From Bdellovibrionota bacterium (lineage in GTDB: Bacteria; Bdellovibrionota_C; UBA2361; OMIW01): a DNA stretch of 13,404 nt. A model generated the notes under the pieces. That model did no database searches, was not told the DNA's origin, and worked only from the letters and a program-made list of their open reading frames with translations. Location: positions 1 to 13,404 of the forward strand of contig JBIJBT010000076.1 of assembly GCA_044345055.1 (NCBI GenBank), given 5' to 3'. Below are positions 7,503-13,404 of this stretch, piece by piece; position 1 is the stretch's first letter, and each line of letters begins with the position of its first letter. The position numbers were made by a program, and so were the translations under genes.

Positions 7503-8288
7503 TTATTTTCGTCGATCAACAACATCAACCCCTTTCGGATAGGTCACAACTAGATCTGTGGCGGCGAGATTGCCGTTCCAGGTAGGGTTAATGAGCCTAA
7601 TCGTTGTTATGTTTCCTGCCTCATCTATAACCTCAGCACCCAGCGGGCGTAGAGTCTCGGGAGCGAGAGCAAGTTTGAGAAGACGTACACCTTGTTGAGA
7701 TTTTGCATCTTTGGGGACGACCGAAATTATCGTGCCTCCTTCGCCTTTACACGACTCGAGAAGGGTAAAGTCTCGCTTCAGGTTTCCGAGTCCAAGTAGA
7801 AAGGAGACTGGTAGATCAGAGAGGAGGACACTCGAGGCAGCATCGACTATGACTTGCTTATCGGTCTCCTGATAAAGCACTACTTCGGAACCAGCGATAC
7901 CGAACTCTTGGATTTCGGGGGATTCGTAGCGCCACCGCATTTTGCCCGGTTTTTGAAACCACACTCGCCCCGTGCTGACTTCCTGCACATCGAGCGCCGA
8001 TAGATAAGCAACCTGCGCAAAAGATGCCTGAACAGTTGTCACCTTTGCGTACGATGCCTGTACCTTTTCGAGAAGGCGCGGGTCGCCCGCTGTTGCGATT
8101 CCCCCGCATGCAAACCGAGAATCAAGCTGCTGGGAATTGTGTTGCGGTGAATTCGGCTGCGGCGTTGATTCCGATTCAGCGTGAGCAGGGAGAAGACAGG
8201 CGAGTGAACCAATAAAAGCAAAAAATCCGCTAAAATATCGGCGTTGAGCCCTACCTCGCTTATGTGGATACAAATTAATCATCATCAT
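7503..8288 (-). CDS. lolA: Outer-membrane lipoprotein carrier protein LolA
   Basis: Signal peptide ending in AHA, then ASFAQ...STGRVWFQKPGKMRWRYESP...LYQETDKQV...PVSFLLGLGNL...DEAGNITTI, which is the typical LolA pattern. Confidence 0.88.
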   Translation of the reverse strand: MMMINLYPHKRGRAQRRYFSGFFAFIGSLACLLPAHAESESTPQPNSPQHNSQQLDSRFACGGIATAGDPRLLEKVQASYAKVTTVQASFAQVAYLSALDVQEVSTGRVWFQKPGKMRWRYESPEIQEFGIAGSEVVLYQETDKQVIVDAASSVLLSDLPVSFLLGLGNLKRDFTLLESCKGEGGTIISVVPKDAKSQQGVRLLKLALAPETLRPLGAEVIDEAGNITTIRLINPTWNGNLAATDLVVTYPKGVDVVDRRK

Positions 8289-8467
8289 GACTCCAGATAG
8301 GTGTTAGCCGCCAAGATTTAGTTAGCCGCAGAGATAATGCATCAGTTGAAGATAAGGCGCAAAGGAGTGCTCTTTAGCTTTGCGCTAACAACGCAAAGGG
8401 TCAGCCGCTCCATTATTCTCACATTCTCGAGTGCTTACAATCGTGTAGCCAAGGCCTGCTGGTTACC

Positions 8468-8496
8468 TTGCCTTCAGTCGGTTTAAAGGGCACGAT
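8468..8496 (+). promoter_or_regulatory. Putative sigma70 promoter for the CoA-transferase gene
   Basis: TTGCCT (8468-8473) - 17 bp - CACGAT (8491-8496), 36 nt upstream of ATG 8533. Confidence 0.35.
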
Positions 8497-8532
8497 TGAG
8501 GCAGTAATCAGCAATTTTTTTCTGGATATACC

Positions 8533-9822
8533 ATGCGCCTCACGACCCCCGCCCAGGCTATCGCCGCTATTCCTTCTTCGTCGACCATCTTTATGCACAG
8601 CGCGGTCGCTGCGCCCGGTTTGTTGATTGATGCCCTGATGAATCGTGCTCGAGCTGGTGAATTACGCGATATGCGGGTGGTGCAGATTCACACCGATGGA
8701 CCTGCACCGTATGGCGATCCGGAATTTGCCGATTTTTTCAGAACGACCTGTTTTTTTGTTGGTGGAAATTTGCGGAAGGCGGTTGCTGAGGGGCGCGCCG
8801 ATTACGCACCCGTTTTTCTGAGTGAAGTACCCGCGGTGTTTCGTTCAGGCGCAGTACCAGTTGATGTCGCGCTTATTCATGTATCGCCCCCCGACCGTCA
8901 CGGATATGTATCGCTGGGGACCTCGGTAGATGTTTCTCTTGCTGCGATTGAATCAGCAAAGCTTGTAATCGCTCAGATAAACCCGTGCATGCCACGAACA
9001 CACGGCGATGGAATTATCCCCGTCTCGATGATTCATTACGGAGTTGAGTGCGATGTGCCGCTCCACGAAATAAAGACTCCCAAAATCACGGAGGTAGAAT
9101 CAGCGATAGGACGCCACGTTGCGAGTCTGGTTGAGGATGGCGCAACGATACAGATGGGGATCGGTTCAATTCCTGATGCAACGCTTAGCTTTTTGACATC
9201 TCATCGCGATCTTGGAATCCACACTGAGATGTTTTCTGAGGGTCTTATTCAACTCGTCGAGAGTGGTGTAGTGACAGGTGCTCACAAGCGTGTATTGCCT
9301 CACAAGATTGTGGGGAGTTTTTTAATGGGGAGCCGCCGACTATACGATTTTGTGCATGATAATCCGAGTGTCATGATGCTCGAGAGCTCGTTCGTAAACG
9401 ATACCGCGGTAATACGGCAAAATCCGCGCGTTACTGCTATAAATAGTGCTATCGAGGTTGATATTACTGGCCAAGTTTGTGCCGATTCAATCGGAACTCG
9501 CCACTATTCCGGTATTGGTGGACAGATGGATTTTATGCGTGGCGCGACCCTTTCGGAGGGCGGAAAAGCGATTATTGCGATGCCATCGACAACAGCATCG
9601 GGAGTAAGTCGTATCGCCGCAACCCTCAATCAGGGCGCAGGTGTTGTCACCACAAGGGGACACGTTCGGTATGTCGTAACCGAGTATGGAGTAGCAGAGC
9701 TTTATGCAAAGCCACTTCGCCAGCGAGCTAGAGCACTCATAAATATCGCACACCCCGCACACCGAGAAACGCTCGAACGACAGGCTTTTGAGCGTTATCA
9801 TGTTTTGCCAGACTCCCTGTAA
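8533..9822 (+). CDS. Acetyl-CoA hydrolase/transferase family protein (4-hydroxybutyrate CoA-transferase-like)
   Basis: VSPPDRHGYVSLGTSVD, QMGIGSIPD, LGIHTEM (catalytic Glu), INSAIEVDITGQVCADSIG, SGIGGQMDFMRGA, VVTEYGVA. Confidence 0.95.
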   Translation: MRLTTPAQAIAAIPSSSTIFMHSAVAAPGLLIDALMNRARAGELRDMRVVQIHTDGPAPYGDPEFADFFRTTCFFVGGNLRKAVAEGRADYAPVFLSEVPAVFRSGAVPVDVALIHVSPPDRHGYVSLGTSVDVSLAAIESAKLVIAQINPCMPRTHGDGIIPVSMIHYGVECDVPLHEIKTPKITEVESAIGRHVASLVEDGATIQMGIGSIPDATLSFLTSHRDLGIHTEMFSEGLIQLVESGVVTGAHKRVLPHKIVGSFLMGSRRLYDFVHDNPSVMMLESSFVNDTAVIRQNPRVTAINSAIEVDITGQVCADSIGTRHYSGIGGQMDFMRGATLSEGGKAIIAMPSTTASGVSRIAATLNQGAGVVTTRGHVRYVVTEYGVAELYAKPLRQRARALINIAHPAHRETLERQAFERYHVLPDSL

Positions 9823-9882
9823 TCTGCGCTCTGCCTCCCGCCCTGCATATCTTTCTTTAGTCCCCCCCTATAAGGATATTCG

Positions 9883-10749
9883 ATGACCCATTCCTCACAT
9901 TCTACTGAGCAATTCTTGGGATGCCATATTTCAGCTGCTGGAGGGCTCACAAAGGCTCTTGAACGGGCTGACGCGGTCGGTATCAACACGATGCAGATTC
10001 ACCCCTCACCGCCGCAACGGTGGAACAGCACTCCCTTTCCCGCGGGTATCGAAACCGCATACCTTGCCGCAAAGAAGGACTCTTGCCTTAAGAAATTGTT
10101 TTTTCATGGCATTTATCTTATTAATATCGCGAGCCCCGACGATAAAAAACGTCATCTTGCTGAACTTTCCCTCGCGCACGACCTCCAGCTTGCTGATAGA
10201 ATAGAAGGAGAGGGGGTTATATTTCACGTTGGAAGTCTCAAAGATGAACCTTCGGAGGCGGTTGGTTATCAGCGAGCGGCTGATTCGATAGTCGCTGCGC
10301 TAAACCGAGCAGGAGGTGGTGCGCCACTTATTCTTGAGGTCTCTGCGGGGAGTGGAAAAATCATCGGCTCTCGCTTCTCAGAGCTGGCTGCGATTTACGA
10401 TCTGACCGATCGTCATCCGCGAATTCGTTTTGCGCTTGACACGCAACATCTTTGGGCGAGTGGGTACGATCTTCAGAACAATCTCTCCGGATTATTGGAT
10501 GAGATTCGATCTACTGTGGGGCTCAGTGCGATTGCAGCGATTCACCTTAATGATAGCCGTTCAGCGCTCGGCAGCCACGTTGATCGTCACGAAGATCTTG
10601 GGAAAGGGACGATTGGGTGGGATACCCTAAAGTCGGTGGTGACGCACCCCGAACTGCGCCACATACCTTTTATTCTCGAGACTCCCTCGCTCAAAACCGA
10701 CGAGGGTGTCGCTGAGCAGATGGCGCAGCTGCGGGTAATGGCGAACTGA
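9883..10749 (+). CDS. nfo: Endonuclease IV (AP endonuclease family 2)
   Basis: GCHISAAGG, HGIYLINIAS, IFHVGS, LILEVSAG, LDTQHLWASGYD, HLNDS...DRHEDLGKG, ILETP. SD-like AAGGA upstream. Confidence 0.95.
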   Translation: MTHSSHSTEQFLGCHISAAGGLTKALERADAVGINTMQIHPSPPQRWNSTPFPAGIETAYLAAKKDSCLKKLFFHGIYLINIASPDDKKRHLAELSLAHDLQLADRIEGEGVIFHVGSLKDEPSEAVGYQRAADSIVAALNRAGGGAPLILEVSAGSGKIIGSRFSELAAIYDLTDRHPRIRFALDTQHLWASGYDLQNNLSGLLDEIRSTVGLSAIAAIHLNDSRSALGSHVDRHEDLGKGTIGWDTLKSVVTHPELRHIPFILETPSLKTDEGVAEQMAQLRVMAN

Positions 10750-10893
10750 TAGAGATCGGTGATCCCCCAGCGCGCGCCACAAATTGTACCATTTTGACCG
10801 CCGAGGATCCCAGATGGTGCAAAAGACCCTATCGAGGAAACTTTATTTTCTCTGATGGGTTTTTAGGGATTATGCGCTTTTTGAGGAATCACA

Positions 10894-12003
10894 ATGTTTA
10901 CGATAGCGCTCTTTGGTGCAGGAAAAATTGGGGAAGCTGCCGTTGCGCTTCTTGGCCAATCTCCCCGTTACTCGATACGAGTCTGCGATGCGCGTATTGA
11001 GCGAGCGCAAGCGGTTGCTACACTCTCACCACGAGCATCGGCTCATCAACTTGACCTTGCAGATGAAACGGCGACCGTTGAGATTCTGCGGGGATGCGAT
11101 GCGGTCCTTAGTGCCCTTCCTTTTAGCGCAACCCTCGCCGTCGCTGACCGAGCCGTCGCGTTAGGAGTCCACTATTTTGATCTAACCGAGGATGTTGCAA
11201 CCGCTCAAACGATCTTCGAGCGGTACAATAAAGCCTCTTCCATCTGCATGCCTCAGTGTGGTTTAGCCCCCGGCTTCATCAGCATCGCAGGGGCTCATTT
11301 AATGAACTCATTTGATTCTCTTGATTCGGCGACTCTTCGTGTAGGCGCGCTCCCGATCTATCCCTCAAATCGTCTTAAATATAACCTAACCTGGTCAACC
11401 GAGGGGCTAATCAATGAGTATATCCGCGACGGTCGGGCGATAGCAGATGGAAAGATTACGAGCACTAAAGCGCTCGAGGGGTACGAGCGATTCACTATTG
11501 ATGGTGATGAGTATGAGGCGTTTAACACATCGGGAGGGCTCGGCACCCTGGCTCAATCGTTTGAGGGCAAAATTCGCTCATTAGAGTACAAATCAATTCG
11601 GCATATTGGTCACTGCGAACTGGTAAAATTTTTACTTCACGATCTAAGATTCAGCTCTGATCCTGATACTCTCAAACATGTCTTTGAGAGAAGCATTCCA
11701 ACGACAGCCCAAGATCGGGTTATCGTATTTGCAGAGGCAACCGGCATCGCTGATGGATGGTTGCGGCAGAGGACCTATGTGAGCACTATCTATAATCGGG
11801 TGGTCAACAAGAAGCACCTAAGCGCAATCCAGCTCACAACCGCTGCGTCAGCGATTGCGGTAATCGATCTCTGTCTATCAGGAGTGGTTGTGAAGCGAGC
11901 CGGATTTCTTCGTTCAGAGGAAATTTCGCTTCTCGATTTTCTTGATAACGAATTTGGAAATCACCTGAAAGATGCTCGTGCGCTGTCAGGAATCAGTTTG
12001 TAG
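10894..12003 (+). CDS. Saccharopine dehydrogenase family oxidoreductase (lysine 6-dehydrogenase-like)
   Basis: Rossmann motif LFGAGKIG, HYFDLTEDV, PQCGLAPG, VGALP, KYNLTWSTEGLINEY, YEAFNTSGGLGT, AIQLTTA. SD GAGGA upstream. Confidence 0.9.
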   Translation: MFTIALFGAGKIGEAAVALLGQSPRYSIRVCDARIERAQAVATLSPRASAHQLDLADETATVEILRGCDAVLSALPFSATLAVADRAVALGVHYFDLTEDVATAQTIFERYNKASSICMPQCGLAPGFISIAGAHLMNSFDSLDSATLRVGALPIYPSNRLKYNLTWSTEGLINEYIRDGRAIADGKITSTKALEGYERFTIDGDEYEAFNTSGGLGTLAQSFEGKIRSLEYKSIRHIGHCELVKFLLHDLRFSSDPDTLKHVFERSIPTTAQDRVIVFAEATGIADGWLRQRTYVSTIYNRVVNKKHLSAIQLTTAASAIAVIDLCLSGVVVKRAGFLRSEEISLLDFLDNEFGNHLKDARALSGISL

Positions 12004-12073
12004 AGGTTTTAGTTTGGGGGGATGAGGCAGTGAACCTAACCGCTGGAGAAAACCTCTTTGGGATTTTTGTATT

Positions 12074-12115
12074 GAGCGCCATTTGCGAGGCTTAAAGGCT
12101 TTGGCGCTCCTTTTT
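12074..12115 (+). terminator. Possible intrinsic terminator between convergent genes
   Basis: GAGCGCCA (12074-12081) / TGGCGCTC (12102-12109) stem followed by CTTTTTGTT. The loop is long (20 nt), so this is uncertain. Confidence 0.35.
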
Positions 12116-12128
12116 GTTACTGTTCGGT

Positions 12129-12572
12129 TTAGGAACTCGACCGTAAACTGCGCATTGTCAAAAAGAATGCTTGTTGCTCAGGCGTCATACTATCGGCTAA
12201 ATATTGCCACCTCTTTTGGTATATAGTTTTTGTCGTTCGCAAATTTGCGACTACAAAAAATGAAAAAGGAACGGATAAGAGCAAGGGAATAACACGAATT
12301 AGTGGAAGCGGGATATCTCTTACCGCGTCCCCCCATAAAACTAGTCCACGATTAACTTTTTGTATGAAAGACGCAACAGCCTGCAGAAAAGTTGGGGTAG
12401 GGTAAAAATGGAACGAATCCCTTACTGCGAGAAAGGCGATAAAAATTGAGCGAGCGTATATGAGAAACAAAACTAAAGAAGCAACCTGAAACGCGGAAAA
12501 AACCGCTACGCGAAGGTAGTCGCTTAGTTCTAGTGTTGCCGAGTCCTCTCGTATATTCGAGCTGTTAATCAC
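12129..12572 (-). CDS. Hypothetical membrane protein (about 2 TM helices)
   Basis: GTG start with strong SD TAAGGAGG (12590-12583). Two hydrophobic segments: VAVFSAFQVASLVLFLIYARSIFIAFLAV and LIRVIPLLLSVPFSFFVVA. Confidence 0.7.
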   Translation of the reverse strand: MINSSNIREDSATLELSDYLRVAVFSAFQVASLVLFLIYARSIFIAFLAVRDSFHFYPTPTFLQAVASFIQKVNRGLVLWGDAVRDIPLPLIRVIPLLLSVPFSFFVVANLRTTKTIYQKRWQYLADSMTPEQQAFFLTMRSLRSSS

Positions 12573-12753
12573 AGGAATCAGGCCTCCTTATTCTCGTTAT
12601 GTTCGATATCCACAGTAACTTAGGTGTACCGCTTCTTGACTAAGAGGGGTAGCACGCGACCGTTACTTATTAAGATAAGCGATCCAAAATTGCTAAACAA
12701 CAATCTATTGAAATAGTAATTATACCGAGTGACAACACGAACAAGATAAGAGA

Positions 12754-13131
12754 GAAAACGTGGGTTATAAGCGGGGTTCTGTCCTTTTGTTGCCAAAATG
12801 GCTGTTCATTCGTCTAGGCGCGCCGTTGCCGGTGCGCTCGAGCGGCGTGTTTGGAGCGTAAGGGCGAGCAACCCCTCCTCCGTGGGAGGATACTCCGTTC
12901 CTACCTTGCATCAGCTGGGGTTTACCAAGCCGGATGGTTACCCATCCGCTGGTGGGCTTTTACCCCACCGTTTCACCCGTGCGATGTAGCCTAGGCTACA
13001 TCGCCGGTCTTCTTTTCTGTGGCACTTTCCCCCGGTTACCCGGAGCCGCCGTTAACGGCCAACCTGCTCTGTGAAGCCCCGACTTTCCTCTCGTTCTTAA
13101 AAAGAACCAGCGAACAGCGGCCCACGTTTTC
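12754..13131 (-). ncRNA. rnpB: RNase P RNA, bacterial type A
   Basis: P1 GAAAACGUGGG/CCCACGUUUUC; P2 GCUGUUC/GAACAGC; GAGGAAAGUC; GGAAAGUGCCACAGAAA; GGGUGAAACGG; GGUAAACCCC; UAGACGAAUG; ACAGAACCCCGCUUAU. P8, P9, P12, P13, P14, P18 and P19 hairpins all fold by eye. Confidence 0.97.
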
Positions 13132-13139
13132 AGCCTGTG

Positions 13140-13145
13140 ACTATA
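13140..13145 (-). promoter_or_regulatory. Putative -10 box of the rnpB promoter
   Basis: TATAGT on the minus strand, 8 nt upstream of the P1 5' strand. The -35 is not convincing. Confidence 0.4.
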
Positions 13146-13368
13146 GCGCACCTTGGCTGGCGCGGCCACTATTCGGGATGGGCTCAAGGGAAGAATGAGG
13201 TATTGGTGAGGAGAAAGATGCTCGTTTTTTTCGTAACTATTCAGCCCACATTTTTAAAGGAGTCATTTGAAAGACATAAAAAGCATGAAACGCAGTGGTG
13301 ATTTGGGTGGCTCGACTCGCTCAACGCTCGTCGGCAGTTTTTTGCTGAATAGTTAGTTGTTTCCCCCC

Positions 13369-13399
13369 GGCGGGCTTTCGCCCGCCACCCCTAAGGGGT
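13369..13399. repeat. GC-rich double hairpin (REP-like element) at the window end
   Basis: GGCGGGC-TTTC-GCCCGCC (13369-13386) followed directly by ACCCC-TAA-GGGGT (13387-13399). No U-tract. Confidence 0.45.
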
Positions 13400-13404
13400 T
13401 GTGG

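Noticed and set aside
306..11546. Numerous 60-110 aa ORFs nested in or antisense to the main genes
   Set aside because: Shadow ORFs overlapping well-supported CDSs, with no recognisable motifs.
12981..13004. Perfect 24-bp palindrome GCGATGTAGCCTAGGCTACATCGC as an operator or mobile-element end
   Set aside because: Explained as the P12 hairpin of rnpB with a self-complementary CUAG loop.
372..13131. Functional link between the putative tRNA-targeting toxins (Schlafen, NTase) and the atypical rnpB
   Set aside because: They are separated by about 7 kb of unrelated housekeeping genes. Only the theme is shared, and nothing in the sequence supports a link.
12798..13187. ORFs 12798..12989 (+) and 12996..13187 (-)
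   Set aside because: Spurious translations of the RNase P RNA gene; RGKSGLHRA is the usual shadow of GAGGAAAGTC.
1..13404. CRISPR array, tRNA, rRNA, integrase/att site
   Set aside because: No regularly spaced repeats, cloverleaf structures, rRNA signatures or recombinase gene were seen.

Overview
Bacterial (Gram-negative, LolA-encoding, roughly 50% GC) sequence with two distinct halves. The left half (~1-6550) is an accessory, defence-island-like block. It holds an AlbA_2/Schlafen-HATPase_c_4-HTH gene whose natural start (ATG 1751) is cut off by an in-frame TAA at codon 8, an AAA_14-DUF4143 ATPase, a 353-aa orphan with an apparent internal duplication, a two-gene operon (DUF6036/AbiEii-like nucleotidyltransferase followed by an uncharacterised protein with a C-terminal ribbon-helix-helix) that looks like a toxin-first toxin-antitoxin module, and a decayed IS3-family remnant missed by the ORF track. 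Three of these modules carry their own DNA-binding domain and their own inverted repeat in the promoter region. The right half (~6590-13404) is housekeeping: PhnP-like MBL hydrolase, lolA, acetyl-CoA hydrolase/4-hydroxybutyrate CoA-transferase, nfo, saccharopine/lysine 6-dehydrogenase-family enzyme, a small membrane protein, and a type A RNase P RNA (rnpB). The rnpB has atypical features: no GGU CCA-binding motif in L15, an extra hairpin between P16 and P17, and a compensatory swap in P4. All family assignments come from motif recognition by eye, not from database searches.
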